A stretch of DNA of 63,939 nt, filler included, from an uncultured Myxococcia bacterium (GCA_964617105.1; 3 parts of 3 records of this genome joined end to end with filler, not necessarily neighbours in it); one strand, 5' to 3'. Shown: positions 44,033 through 54,790, numbered from the whole stretch's first letter. Notes: a model not told the origin generated them from the letters alone. Made by a program: numbers and translations.

Positions 44033-44087
44033 TGATGTGGTAAGGAATTAGTGGACACTTTCTTAAGAATGGATTTTAATTCAGATA
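44033..44087. mobile_element. Terminal inverted repeat of an IS3-family insertion sequence at the contig end
   Basis: TGATGTGGTAAGGAATTAGTGGACACTTTCTTAAG resembles IS3-family ends (5'-TG, ...AGTGGACAC...TAAG) and sits exactly where the HDOD reading frame breaks. Confidence 0.7.
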
Positions 44088-44187
44088 NNNNNNNNNNNNN
44101 NNNNNNNNNNNNNNNNNNNNNNNNNNNNNNNTTAATTAATTAANNNNNNNNNNNNNNNNNNNNNNNNNNNNNNNNNNNNNNNNNNNN
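44088..44187. other. Artificial contig spacer
   Basis: 44 N + TTAATTAATTAA + 44 N. Confidence 0.98.
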
Positions 44188-44431
44188 CGATGAAGCAGGA
44201 ACTAAGCCGTGTACAGATTTGTACACATTTTAGAGAACGGTTGTTGGTTTTCATTCAGCCAGGTGGAAAAACGAGTATTATCAAACCTATAATGACGGGC
44301 CTTTGCTGGCAGACCATTTGAACCAGGCGGGGCATGTTCTGGGGTGGACAGATCAGGACTTCGATCATTTGCAGTTCTTTCTTCATGTAGCAAATCTTGT
44401 AACCTCAGAGGCCTAGAAAAGGGGTAGGACA

Positions 44432-44836
44432 ATGCAAAAATGGTTTTCTATTTTTATTATCCTTGCTCTGGCAGGGCCTGGCAGTCTTGTACGTGCTGCT
44501 GAGTGTGAAGAAAATACTCCTGTAGCAGGTAAATCTGGTTCCAATAATAGAGTCCTCTGTCCCGAGGCAACCGTGCAGGAGCAATCGAATTTGCATGTCG
44601 ATGTGGATGTCGCAGTTGATGTGAAAGTCGCTAAAGAAAATCGTGTTCTGAAGCAAATAAGGCCAAAGAAGCAAAAAGAACCTTGCATCGATAAAGCAGC
44701 CCTGGACAGGGCTTTGAAGCAGAAAGAGGAAGAGAATTGGTATGATAATCCCTCAACCAACCGTTGGCTGGGCTTTGCTGTCGGCATTGTTACTACCGTT
44801 GCAACTATTTACACAATAAGGTCTTTATCAAAATAA
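44432..44836 (+). CDS. Hypothetical exported protein with C-terminal TM anchor
   Basis: Signal peptide MQKWFSIFIILALAG, C-terminal WLGFAVGIVTTVATIY; AGGA RBS. Confidence 0.65.
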   Translation: MQKWFSIFIILALAGPGSLVRAAECEENTPVAGKSGSNNRVLCPEATVQEQSNLHVDVDVAVDVKVAKENRVLKQIRPKKQKEPCIDKAALDRALKQKEEENWYDNPSTNRWLGFAVGIVTTVATIYTIRSLSK

Positions 44837-44837
44837 G

Positions 44838-45620
44838 TTATGTTAAAATCTGGTACAACATCCGCAATCCAGTTATCGCGATTATCAAGGCAATCGCCAC
44901 TCGTAAATGTTTTGTGTTTATCATTTTACTTACTTTTCCACCTATTTGTGCACCTGGAATAGTGCCAACGACAAGGGCAACAGCATAAGGCCAGATAATC
45001 TGCCCGGTTATCGCCTTTCCGATTGTTCCCATTACTGCGCCAAAGAATACAATACCAAGTGTGCTGCCAATGACGATTCTGGTGGGTATCTTCAAAACAT
45101 AAATCATGACCGGAATGTAAATAAAAGCACCCGGCGCACCAACCATCCCGCCAAAAATACCAATGACCAGGCTCAAGCCTCCAGCAAGTGATTTGTTGTA
45201 TACCAGGTAGTCAGGTGAAATGTTTTCACCTTGCTCCCGCCTGGGAATAAACATTACGACTGCCGCAATAACAGCCATTATAGCAAAAATAGCCAATAAA
45301 AATATGCTCTTTGTGTATTGAGAAAAGAGGGAGCCCCCCAGATTTCCCAGAGCATTGTACAATCCCATGGTCAAAAGCAGTGATTTACTTACAAAACGAT
45401 TTTTGTTATGGACAATTACCCCGGAAAGTGAGGCAAACAAAACCTGGACCATGCTGACAGCCGCCACCTGTTTCATGTCGAGTTGTCCCACTCCTAACAA
45501 AGGAGGAACATACAAGAGCAAAGGAATCATAAAAATCGCCCCGCCCAGACCAAGCAGGCCGGACAAAAAACCACCACCCAATCCAAGGATGGCCAGGGTT
45601 CCAATAAATATATAGTCCAT
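44838..45620 (-). CDS. Sulfite exporter TauE/SafE family membrane protein
   Basis: GFLSGLLGLGGAIFMIP and the second repeat GGMVGAPGAFIYIP; about eight TM segments. Confidence 0.92.
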   Translation of the reverse strand: MDYIFIGTLAILGLGGGFLSGLLGLGGAIFMIPLLLYVPPLLGVGQLDMKQVAAVSMVQVLFASLSGVIVHNKNRFVSKSLLLTMGLYNALGNLGGSLFSQYTKSIFLLAIFAIMAVIAAVVMFIPRREQGENISPDYLVYNKSLAGGLSLVIGIFGGMVGAPGAFIYIPVMIYVLKIPTRIVIGSTLGIVFFGAVMGTIGKAITGQIIWPYAVALVVGTIPGAQIGGKVSKMINTKHLRVAIALIIAITGLRMLYQILT

Positions 45621-45884
45621 TCAGGCTATCCTTTTTTTCAGTTCAAGAAGCAACTTGTCCTCTTCAATGTCACCACCCACATCGACAACACTGCCACAAA
45701 CCATAATTGCAGGTGCCTTTGGTAGTCCTGTTTTTTCATACTCAGAGGTCCAATAATCTTCTGGATATTTAGAGGTGACTTTGATTTCTATTCCCAGTTC
45801 CATACCCAACCTGGGTATCATTTCGTCAAAATGACGTCAGGTCTTTCCCATGGGATTGTTCAAGAAAAACTCGACTTTTGCCAT
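45621..45884 (-). CDS. Thioredoxin-like selenoprotein (87 aa, Sec at codon 16), NxPxGxxU motif, TsoC-like
   Basis: AAGGAG RBS + ATG 45884: MAKVEFFLNNPMGKT-UGA(45839-45837)-RHFDEMIPRL...LPKAPAIMV; SECIS-like hairpin ATACCCA-GGT-TGGGTAT just downstream. Confidence 0.85.
45802..45839 (-). promoter_or_regulatory. Bacterial SECIS element after the in-frame UGA
   Basis: TGA CGTCATTTTGACGAAATG ATACCCA GGT TGGGTAT: perfect 7-bp stem with a G-containing apical loop 25 nt after UGA. Confidence 0.75.
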
Positions 45885-45914
45885 ATTTCTCTCCTTTCTT
45901 GATCCTCACAAAAA

Positions 45915-46586
45915 TTATTTTTCAGCAGCTAATGCCAAGCCCATTGCCCGCCAGTCCTGAACCCCCTCTTCCAGCCGGACAGCATTGAAGCCTTTTTTTC
46001 GTAAAATTTCTACGGCCTGGACGGCAAGGACACAATAGGGTCCCCTGCAATAAGCGGCTATCTCCTGTTTTTTTGGTAAACGGGAAAGGTGCTGGCCCAA
46101 CTTTTCCAGGGGAACAGAAATGGCACCGGGGATATGTCCTGCTTTGTATTCTTCAGGGGGGCGCACATCGAGCACGGTGACTTCTCCCTGCATCACTCGT
46201 TTTAATAGTGTTTCCTTGTTTACCGGTTCCATGCCTTCTCTCCCAGCTAAAAACTGGCGTTTTATCAGTTCGATTTCAGCCAGCCGGCTTTCAGCAAGGA
46301 CACGCATTGAAAGGATAAAGTCACATACCATCTGGTCTGCCAGGCGATAGGTTACATAGACTCCTCTTTTTTCCGTTTCAAGTAAGCGCACTGAGCGCAG
46401 TACCTGCAAGTGCCTGGAAGTATTGGCGATAGTAAGGCCGGTCTGCCTGGCAAGTTCTTCTACTGTCCGTTCTCCCTGGCAAAGAATGTCTAAAAGTTCC
46501 AATCTCTTGGCGCTAGAAATAGCCTTTCCCAGGCGAGCGAATTGCTCATAGATATTATCTTTGAAGCGTCTGTTTGGATTTCCCAT
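45915..46586 (-). CDS. ArsR/SmtB-family repressor fused to a rhodanese domain
   Basis: RLELLDILCQGERTVEELA, SRHLQVLR HTH; LDVRPPEEYKAGHIPGA and YCRGPYC rhodanese motifs. Confidence 0.93.
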   Translation of the reverse strand: MGNPNRRFKDNIYEQFARLGKAISSAKRLELLDILCQGERTVEELARQTGLTIANTSRHLQVLRSVRLLETEKRGVYVTYRLADQMVCDFILSMRVLAESRLAEIELIKRQFLAGREGMEPVNKETLLKRVMQGEVTVLDVRPPEEYKAGHIPGAISVPLEKLGQHLSRLPKKQEIAAYCRGPYCVLAVQAVEILRKKGFNAVRLEEGVQDWRAMGLALAAEK

Positions 46587-46600
46587 TGTCAACTCCTGAA

Positions 46601-46649
46601 TTATTCAATTGATTAATTGAATAATAGATTGTTTTTCATTTTTTGTCAA
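46601..46649 (-). promoter_or_regulatory. sigma70 promoter (TTGACA-17-TATTAT) overlapped by a palindromic ArsR operator
   Basis: Inverted repeat TTATTCAATT-GATT-AATTGAATAA at 46601-46624 overlaps the -10 box (46621-46626); -35 box at 46644-46649. Confidence 0.8.
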
Positions 46650-47208
46650 CGTATAAAAGTGACGATTCTGAAAAATCCAAAAAATCGTGATTAAGACTTT
46701 GGATGAAAAACGTGATTACTACAGTTAATTTTCTGGAGCATTGTGTTATGTGACCAGGTGATTATTTTGGGAATCTACTACTATTGTCAAATGGAGTTTA
46801 ATTTTACAGGAGTCATGAGCGGTGTTTGCAGGATACTGCATAGATGACAAATCTTAATAGTCATTGCTTCAGATAATTGCTAAAAAAAATCAAACTGATT
46901 AAAAAAAAGTGATTGCCATGCAAAATCATCTCGACACTTCCAATGTGAGCGTATATTGTTATCGTAGGTTAAAATTTTAAGAAAAATCCTGATAAAGGTG
47001 TATCCAAAATGAAATTTTCAGTTTATTTGTTTTTTTTATGCCTCTGGCTTCTACCCATAAATTATACCATGGCCGGACATACCTTTTCGACCCTGGTATA
47101 ACATGGAAAAAAACCATGAAACTCAAATTCCTATCTGATCCATTGGAAGGCTCTTGATGGCCTGGTGCAAAGTTTCCAGGATTAACAGGAATTGAAGGAG
47201 AAAGTATT

Positions 47209-48512
47209 ATGTGTGGGATAGTAGGAATATTGGGTTTTAAAAAAGAAACTCAAAAATATCGAATTATTGCCCTGAAAATGGCAAAAAGAATACGTCATAG
47301 AGGACCTGATTGGAGTGGGATCTTCGCAGATGACAAAGCGGTCCTTGCTCATGAGCGGTTGGCCATTGTCGATGTGCAGAGCGGAGCGCAACCACTTTAT
47401 GATAAAAAAAACGGCAATGTCCTGGCCGTGAATGGTGAAATATACAACCATCTTGATCTTCGAAATCTACTTGACGAGGAACATGAATGGCAAACAAGTT
47501 CAGACTGTGAAATACTCCTCTATCTCTATGATGAACTAGGACCGGAATTTGTTCACCACTTAAATGGCATTTTTGCTTTTATTCTCTACTGCCCCAAAGC
47601 AGAGACCTTCTTTATCGCCAGGGATCATATTGGAATAAATCCTCTTTATATGGGCTGGGATGAATCAGGGTGCTTATATGTGGCGTCCGAGTTGAAATCT
47701 TTGGTGGATTACTGTAAAAAAATCGAGGAATTTCCTCCTGGTCATTACTATCTCGGCAAAGAAGAGAAAATAGTTCGATATTACAGTCCAAAGTGGAGCA
47801 CAGTTGGCCAGGTTCCTCAAATCCCGCTTGATCTAAATAAACTCCGCCAGTCCCTCGAAGCCGCTATCAAGAGGCAGTTGATGTGTGATGTCCCTTTTGG
47901 CCTTCTAATCTCCGGTGGGCTGGATTCATCCATTATCGCTGCCATTGCGGCAAAGTACAGCAAAAAACGAATAGAGAGCAACGATCATTTGACTGCCTGA
48001 GGGCCAATAAATCCACTGCTGCCTGGGGCGTTGAGGCCAGGGTTCCTTTTTTGGACAAGGAATTCATGGAAGTTGCCATGGCTTTCGACCCGGAGGAGAA
48101 ACTTGTAAAAAAAGGCAGAATTGAGAAGCACGTGCTACGACAGGCATTTGAAGGCTATCTGCCAGAGGAGATACTCTGGAGGCAGAAGGAGCAATTCTCA
48201 GATGGTGTGGGGTACGGCTGGATTGATGCCCTGAAAGCCCATGCCGAAAAAGAGGTTACCGATGAGATGATGGAAAGTGCACGGCATCGCTTTTTGGCAA
48301 ACCCTCCACAGTCAAAGGAAGAATACTTGTACCGGACTATCTTTGAAGAGCATTACCCCAACCCCATGGCTGCCTCCCTGGTGCCAACGGGTCCGTCCAT
48401 TGCCTGCAGCACACCAACAGCCTACAGGTGGAGCAAAGAATTTGAAGAAATGGCGGATCCTTCAGGGCGAGCAGTTAAAGGCATCCATGAAAAATATATT
48501 GATTTGTTATAG
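47209..48512 (+). pseudogene. asnB: Asparagine synthetase B with internal deletion and frameshift
   Basis: MCGI...RHRGPD...SGGLDSS...HLTA then jumps to DCLRANK...WGVEARVPFLD in another frame; the segment carrying SGEGxDE is missing. Confidence 0.92.
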
Positions 48513-48570
48513 ATGTAACCCCAAATTTATCTGAGTCACTCTAAACCATCTTATCTAATCCACTTTATTT

Positions 48571-48696
48571 TGTAAAATATCCTACAACCGTGTAGAATAG
48601 TCTACAATCCCTTATTTGCATGATTACTTTTCAATAATTCAACCCATTGAAATAATTACACATCGGGCATTCTTGTTTTTTGGCCCGCCATTTGCA
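48571..48696 (+). promoter_or_regulatory. sigma54 promoter (TGGCCCGCCATTTGCA, 48681-48696) with tandem upstream activator sites
   Basis: GG/GC at -24/-12 spacing; TGTAAAATATCCTACA (48571) and TGTAGAATAGTCTACA (48591). Confidence 0.75.
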
Positions 48697-48736
48697 GTCC
48701 TAATATATAGAAAAATACCTTTTTAAGGAGATGACA

Positions 48737-50110
48737 ATGACCGCAAATAAAATTCTTCTGGCAGACGATGACAGTAGTTTTTTACAGGTGATGCTTTTTA
48801 ATTTAACGGAACTGGGGTACCAAGTCGACACTGCTGAAGATGGAGTGATCGCGCTCACGAAATTCAAAAAACATAAATACCCGCTAGTGATCACTGATGT
48901 GAGAATGCCCAGAATGGATGGGCTTGCCCTGTTAAATGAGATCAAAATCCTTTCACCCGAAACCCTGGTAATCGTGGTAACGGCATTCGGCGAGGTGGAC
49001 GTGGCCGTAAATGCCATGAAGGCCGGGGCCTTTGACTTCATTCCCAAGCCCTGCAACCGGGACCATTTCAGGATAACAGTGAAAAAGGCTTTGGAACACA
49101 TTGGCTTAAAGCAAAAGGTAAAAGAATTACAGACCCGCCTGGACAGCAGCCAGAAAAAAATGCTCTATAAATCGGAAAAAATGTCCAGTGTGATTTCCCT
49201 TTCCGAACGGGTGGCTGAAACCGACGCCACCGTGTTAATCCAGGGGGAAAGCGGGACCGGCAAGGAACTGTTGGCCCGGCACATCCACAAGCAAAGCCCC
49301 CGGTCCTCAAAACCGTTTGTGGCTGTCAACTGCGCCGCCATCCCCAGGGACTTGCTGGAGAGCGAACTTTTTGGGCATGTAAAAGGGGCCTTTACCGGAG
49401 TCATACGCAATCGCAAGGGAAAATTCGAGCAGGCAGGAGAGGGAACCCTGTTTCTGGATGAAATAGCTGAGTTGCCCGTTGAAGTGCAGCCCCGCCTGCT
49501 GCGGGCATTGCAGGAGAATAAAATTGACCTTGTGGGCGGGGAGAAACCTGTGCCTGTTCAGGCACGTATCATAACAGCCACCAACCGGGACCTGGACCTT
49601 GAGGTGAAAGAGGGCCGGTTCAGGGAAGACCTTTTTTTCAGGGTCAATATCTTTCCCATTACCCTCCCCCCTTTACGGGAAAGAAGAGGAGATATTTTAG
49701 TATTGATTCATCATTTTTTGGACAAATACGGCAAGGGTAAATCTTTTACCCTTTCAAAAAAAGTAATCGCCACCCTGGAAGCCCTTGATTGGCCCGGAAA
49801 TGTCCGTGAGTTGGAAAATATTTGCCAGCGGTTGGTGATTCAGGCAGATGGTGAGAAAATCGACGAAACCCTGTTGCCGGATAATCTACACCATTTCACT
49901 CCAGGCGCAAGCCAGAGTGGAGATGTCACCTTTCAGTTGCCCAAAAGCGGATTTTCCCTGGTCCAGTTGGAAAAGGAGATCATTGAAAAATCCCTTGAGA
50001 TCAATCAATTCAACCAGACAAAGACCGCGAAATATCTTGGCATAGCACGGCATGTATTACTCTATCGCCTTGAAAAATACGGCATCGACCTGAAAGGTAG
50101 GCGAGGATGA
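48737..50110 (+). CDS. sigma54-dependent response regulator (NtrC/ZraR family)
   Basis: Receiver (ADDD, TDVRMP, KP), [27 protein letters not shown], Fis-type HTH. Confidence 0.95.
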   Translation: MTANKILLADDDSSFLQVMLFNLTELGYQVDTAEDGVIALTKFKKHKYPLVITDVRMPRMDGLALLNEIKILSPETLVIVVTAFGEVDVAVNAMKAGAFDFIPKPCNRDHFRITVKKALEHIGLKQKVKELQTRLDSSQKKMLYKSEKMSSVISLSERVAETDATVLIQGESGTGKELLARHIHKQSPRSSKPFVAVNCAAIPRDLLESELFGHVKGAFTGVIRNRKGKFEQAGEGTLFLDEIAELPVEVQPRLLRALQENKIDLVGGEKPVPVQARIITATNRDLDLEVKEGRFREDLFFRVNIFPITLPPLRERRGDILVLIHHFLDKYGKGKSFTLSKKVIATLEALDWPGNVRELENICQRLVIQADGEKIDETLLPDNLHHFTPGASQSGDVTFQLPKSGFSLVQLEKEIIEKSLEINQFNQTKTAKYLGIARHVLLYRLEKYGIDLKGRRG

Positions 50111-51255
50111 ATTCTGATTCAATCTCTAAACAGCACTGGTTGCGCCCATTGTTTTTCTCCTGGTACGGCTGGGGATTAATCTGGCTGCCTGTATTGGTCA
50201 TCACCCTGCTCCACTATCAGACCGCAGCAATCCATCACTGGTTCCATGATCTTTTACGGCGGCTCTATTATATTCCAATTATCCTGGCGGCTTTCCGTAC
50301 CGGGCTCTGGGGGGCATTAACCGTTTCCATCTTAATTTCTTTGGTCTATATTCCCCATGCCTTTACTCACTGGTTCCATCATGATCCTGCAGGCAACCTG
50401 GACAAGTTTTTGGAGATATTACTATACAACAGTGTGGGTTTTCTCACTGGTATTTTAGCAGAGCGGGAGAAGGACGAGAAACGGAAACAAACCCTTCTGG
50501 CCCAGGAATTGTCCGAGATGCTCGAGGAAAAGAAAATTTTACAACAGCAACTCATCCGCTCGGGAAAGCTTCAGGCCCTGGGGACCCTCACGGCGGGCCT
50601 TGCCCACGAGATAAAAAATCCATTGGCATCCATAAAGGGGGCTTCGGAGATTATCGCCGACGAGATAAGAGAGGACTCCCCGCGTCGAAAGATGGTTGAA
50701 ATTCAAAAAAAAGAACTTCACCGGCTAACAACCTTGCTGGAGCGTTTTTTGTCTTTTGCCAGGCCCAAAGCTTTTGAACTTGCTGAAACGGATCTGGCTG
50801 AAATGACGGACCATGTAACAAGCCTCCTGGGCAATCAGGCTAATAAAAAAAGTATTACAATCAGCCAGGAGGAATTTACTTCTTTTCATTCCATCAAGGC
50901 AGATAAACAAAGTGTTGTGCAGGTTTTGGTGAATATTATGCTTAATGCTGTGGAAGCCATTGAGCAAAAAGGCAGCATCACGCTGTCGTTTTCCACTGAA
51001 AACAGAGGTAAACGGGCTTTCCGAATTATTGAAATCGCTGATTCAGGTCCAGGTATTCCACCAAAATTAAGGGAACAAATATTCAACCCCTTCTTCACCA
51101 CCAAGGAGAAGGGAACGGGCCTGGGGTTGGCCATTGCAGCCATAATCATGGACCAGCACAACGGGTTTATAGAAGTAGATGAGGTAAACATAAACGGTGA
51201 AGGCCTCCGGACTCTTTTTAAACTTTATTTTCCAGAGACCTCAGACAATATCTAA
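50107..51255 (+). CDS. Membrane sensor histidine kinase with a His-rich intramembrane sensor region
   Basis: TM region [20 protein letters not shown]...[42 protein letters not shown]. Confidence 0.93.
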   Translation: MNSDSISKQHWLRPLFFSWYGWGLIWLPVLVITLLHYQTAAIHHWFHDLLRRLYYIPIILAAFRTGLWGALTVSILISLVYIPHAFTHWFHHDPAGNLDKFLEILLYNSVGFLTGILAEREKDEKRKQTLLAQELSEMLEEKKILQQQLIRSGKLQALGTLTAGLAHEIKNPLASIKGASEIIADEIREDSPRRKMVEIQKKELHRLTTLLERFLSFARPKAFELAETDLAEMTDHVTSLLGNQANKKSITISQEEFTSFHSIKADKQSVVQVLVNIMLNAVEAIEQKGSITLSFSTENRGKRAFRIIEIADSGPGIPPKLREQIFNPFFTTKEKGTGLGLAIAAIIMDQHNGFIEVDEVNINGEGLRTLFKLYFPETSDNI

Positions 51256-51359
51256 AAATAACCCCCGGGGGAAAAATCCTGCAATGGCAATTCTAAAAAA
51301 CTCCAATGAAGTGAGTTACTCTCGGTAATCACCAAGTTTTGAGAATTTTCCAATCATCG

Positions 51360-51503
51360 TTATTCTTTCGAGTGACATTTTCCAGCAGCGCATCCGCAAC
51401 CACAGGAAGTTTTTTTCTCTTTACCGTTAAACATCTCAATTACTCGAACAATGGTCAACAGACTGATGACTGCAATAATCGTATAAACAATGATATTATC
51501 CAC
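51360..51503 (-). CDS. FeoB-associated Cys-rich membrane protein (47 aa)
   Basis: Missed by the ORF track. GGAGG RBS + GTG; MDNIIVYTIIAVISLLTIVRVIEMFNGKEKKTSCGCGCAAGKCHSKE. Confidence 0.85.
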   Translation of the reverse strand: MDNIIVYTIIAVISLLTIVRVIEMFNGKEKKTSCGCGCAAGKCHSKE

Positions 51504-51532
51504 TTTAACCTCCAAATCTTTCCCAAAAATAA

Positions 51533-52277
51533 TCAGGGGACTGTGGCGAGTAACCCAACCATAATTCCGTAAGCAGATTTTTCATCCTCCTGTGGAATGT
51601 CCATGTGAATCTCAATTATCAACTCTATTGCCCTATTTATTATAACATTGCACCCCACTGCAAGCGCACCAACGGTAAATTTCCTACCCCTACCCCCCTT
51701 GAATAGGATTATGATCCAGGCTGAAGTCAATTGCCGAGAGTACCTGGATGGAATCCGACAGCCGATAATGTACCAGGGGAATGAAATTGGTAACAAAGTT
51801 GATCTCATCCTCGGGGTTTCCTTTATTTCCCATCTGCTCCACAAGGGTGAGTTGGAAGCCCAGGTTTTTTAAGTCTAAATTCATCTCCGTTCCAATGCCA
51901 ATCCCACCTCTAGAGCCTATTCCTCCAAATAGATCCATATCAAATCCATTACTATCCAACAGATTATAAAAAAGGCCGAGGCCAAACTCCTCCTGACTGG
52001 CTTTTAAATGTCCATTGCTCTCCATACCGTAAGTAAACGAACCTGAAAGCAAATCAGTGATACCAACATCAATAGTGCTGTCCCAACGAAGGGTTGCTTT
52101 TCCCCTATCTTTTGAAAATTCATTGAGGTTGCTCACTGTTAAATAGGTTTCAAAATCTGAAACTCCCAACTCAAAAGGTTCTGTGGTGTCAAGGGCAGAG
52201 GCAGGCCTGCCTGGGACCATCACCAATGAGAAAAAAACAACAATCGTTGCGACAACATATACATTCATATTTTTCAT
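51533..52277 (-). pseudogene. Putative outer-membrane beta-barrel protein in the feo operon, frameshifted at a G6 run
   Basis: Signal peptide ASA|LDTTEPF; the frame stops at 51690, but removing one G from the run at 51693-51698 continues into GRKFTVGALAVG...GLLATVP* (51533). Confidence 0.65.
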
Positions 52278-52365
52278 CTTTATTATCCTTTATTCTGTTA
52301 AGAAATGAATATAAAAAAGTGAATTTGACAGCCAGTAATTGCATTTTTAAACCACAAAGCCTTAC

Positions 52366-54534
52366 TCATGCCATCAGAAATGATCCAACCTGGTAAAAAA
52401 TCAGCGAGATAAAGTAGGCCAATGCAGTCAATCCTCCCAACTGCAAAAAAGCCCATTTTATGCTTCCCGTTTCTTTCATGGTCACCGCAATGGTCGCCAT
52501 ACACGGGGCTGAGATAAGGAGAAAAAGCATCAAGGAAAATGCCACGAGGGGTGAATACTGTGATCGCAGTTTCCCCCGTAAATCCTTTGACTCTTCATTG
52601 GCTTCACCAATGGAGTAAACAATGCCCATTTGGGCCACAAAAACCTCCTTGGCTGCAAATGCACCAATGATGGCCGTGCCAATTTTCCAATCAAAGCCCA
52701 ATGGTGCCAGAATTGGTTCCAATCCTTTGCCAATCCTGCCAGACAGGGAGTATTCCAGATCTTCTGATGCCCGGATATTGTTTAATTCTGCCTGGGTGAT
52801 TCTTTTTATTCCACCAGGGGACTCACCCCTTTTTAGCCCTGTTTCCATTTCTGAGACAACCTGGATAGTGCCATTTGTGGTATCGCTGTCCACGGAGTAT
52901 GTTTCCTTCTTTGGAAATGAGGTGGCAGCCCACATCAAAATCGAGATGGCCAAAATAATGGTTCCAGCTTTTTTAAGGTAGTGCCAGGATTTTTCCATCA
53001 TCTTTAGGGTAACGGCTTTAAATGTTGGTAAACGGTATGGGGGCAACTCCATGACAAAGGGGGCCTCTTCCCCCTTTAAGACTGTGGTCCTGAGCAGTTT
53101 GGCCAGCACTAGTGCCAGACCGATGCCCATGATATAGATCAGCCACAACATGGTTGCCTGTATCTCTTTTACAAAAAAAGCCGGGATCAAAAGCAGCCAG
53201 ATTGGGAGCCTCGCACCGCAGGAAATCAAGGGGAGAACCATGATTGTGCTCAGGCGGTCTTTTTCATTTTCAATGGTGCGGGTGGCCATGATACCAGGTA
53301 CGGAACAGCCAAATCCTGTAACCAATGGAACAAAACTTTTGCCATGTAAGCCGAATTTGTGGAGAAACTTGTCCGTGAGAAAAGCGGCCCTGGCCATGTA
53401 ACCGGTGTCTTCCATCAGGGCCAAGCCCAAAAAAAGAAGAACAATATTGGGCAAGAAAACCAAGACTCCCCCAACCCCAGCGATAATGCCATCCACAATA
53501 AGGGATTTGAGCAGTGATTCTGAATCCTGGGGCCAAAGTCCCTGGATAAGAGGGGAAAGCCAGGCAAAAAAAGACTCAATCCAACCCATGGGAAGTTCGC
53601 CAATAGTAAATGTAAGCCAAAAAATCCCATACATGGCAGTAAAAAAGAACGGAAATCCTAAAACTCGGTTGCAAAGAACCTTGTCAACCATGTCTGAGGT
53701 TTTTCTGGCTGTTTTCCTGGGTTTTCTGGTAATGGTTTCTTCTAGCAAGCCACGGATAAAACCGTATTGCCTGTCTGCAAGGTAAGTGTTCACCGGAAGG
53801 CCGCTATTGCTTTCGATTTGAGCCCCAATCCGCGCCACCTCAGCCAGCATCCCTTCGCTCTGTTTCACTGACTTTTTTATCCACTGGATTGTATCATTGT
53901 CCCCTTCCAGGGCTTTCAAAGTTATCCATTCATTGGTGTAAGTATTTGTGTTTTGTAAAAATTCATTTAAGCGATTTTGAGCCTCGTAAAAGGACTCTCC
54001 CAGGTCCAATTTACTTTCATAATTAGGCATTAATATAGCCTTCTCTATAGCCTTTTTTAATCCATCAATCCCTTTGCCCCGGTTTCCAACAGTTTCTACA
54101 ACTGGAAATCCCAACAATTTTTCCATCAAGCCTGTATCCACTACCTGGCCGGCCTGTTTTGCCTCATCAGACATATTCAAAGCCAGGACTATGTTGGCGC
54201 CAATAGCCATAATTTGGGTGAGCAAGTATAAGTTGCGCTGCAGGTTGGTCGAATCAGCTACCACAACCGTAACCCGCACTCCTTTTCGAACCAGTTCCTC
54301 CCTGGCAATACGCTCCTCCGGCGAATAGGAGGTCAAACTGTAAGTGCCGGGTAAGTCCCAAATTTGGAAACATTTGCCATCCTGTTCATAGGTTCCCTCC
54401 TTTGACTCCACCGTCACGCCGGGATAGTTACCCACCTTCTGTCTTGCCCCTGTGAGCGCATTGAATATACTGGTTTTTCCCGAATTGGGATTTCCCGCAA
54501 GCACAACACTTGCATAAACTTTTTCCTGTGCCAC
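52366..54534 (-). CDS. feoB: Ferrous iron transport protein B
   Basis: GNPNSGKT, VGNYPGVTVE, DLPGTYSL, NMSD, GFGCSVP, PFVMELPPY. Confidence 0.97.
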   Translation of the reverse strand: MAQEKVYASVVLAGNPNSGKTSIFNALTGARQKVGNYPGVTVESKEGTYEQDGKCFQIWDLPGTYSLTSYSPEERIAREELVRKGVRVTVVVADSTNLQRNLYLLTQIMAIGANIVLALNMSDEAKQAGQVVDTGLMEKLLGFPVVETVGNRGKGIDGLKKAIEKAILMPNYESKLDLGESFYEAQNRLNEFLQNTNTYTNEWITLKALEGDNDTIQWIKKSVKQSEGMLAEVARIGAQIESNSGLPVNTYLADRQYGFIRGLLEETITRKPRKTARKTSDMVDKVLCNRVLGFPFFFTAMYGIFWLTFTIGELPMGWIESFFAWLSPLIQGLWPQDSESLLKSLIVDGIIAGVGGVLVFLPNIVLLFLGLALMEDTGYMARAAFLTDKFLHKFGLHGKSFVPLVTGFGCSVPGIMATRTIENEKDRLSTIMVLPLISCGARLPIWLLLIPAFFVKEIQATMLWLIYIMGIGLALVLAKLLRTTVLKGEEAPFVMELPPYRLPTFKAVTLKMMEKSWHYLKKAGTIILAISILMWAATSFPKKETYSVDSDTTNGTIQVVSEMETGLKRGESPGGIKRITQAELNNIRASEDLEYSLSGRIGKGLEPILAPLGFDWKIGTAIIGAFAAKEVFVAQMGIVYSIGEANEESKDLRGKLRSQYSPLVAFSLMLFLLISAPCMATIAVTMKETGSIKWAFLQLGGLTALAYFISLIFYQVGSFLMA

Positions 54535-54556
54535 TTAAACCTCCTTAGATCATTGA

Positions 54557-54790
54557 CTAAAAAATATTTACTACAATCCGCTCGGCTTCATGCTTTCTCA
54601 AACTCAACTGGGATCCCTGAAGCATTATCCAGAGGGGGTCTCCAGTGGGCGCAATTCTCTCCAGTTCCAGGTGGGTTTTTGGCAGCAGTCCCATGTCAAG
54701 CAAGCGCTGGCCAATTGCACCCCTGGTCTGGATTTCAACGATATTGCCGCTATCACCTGGTTCTAGTTCGGATAATCGTTTTGTGTACAT
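54557..54790 (-). CDS. feoA: Ferrous iron transport protein A
   Basis: RLLDMGL, APTGDP, LSLRKHEA. Confidence 0.95.
   Translation of the reverse strand: MYTKRLSELEPGDSGNIVEIQTRGAIGQRLLDMGLLPKTHLELERIAPTGDPLWIMLQGSQLSLRKHEAERIVVNIF

Noticed and set aside
44188-44432. Possible gene fragment at the start of contig 3
   Set aside because: No frame is convincingly open from the edge and no motif is recognisable.
47009-47208. Short signal-peptide-like ORF (MKFSVYLFFLCLW...) and a TGA in frame with asnB
   Set aside because: Fragmentary, no SECIS-like hairpin, and AsnB needs Cys2 at its N-terminus; at most a gene remnant.
49375-49405. GAFTGV instead of GAFTGA in the enhancer-binding protein
   Set aside because: The critical F-T pair is intact and sigma54 promoters are present, so the variant is probably functional.
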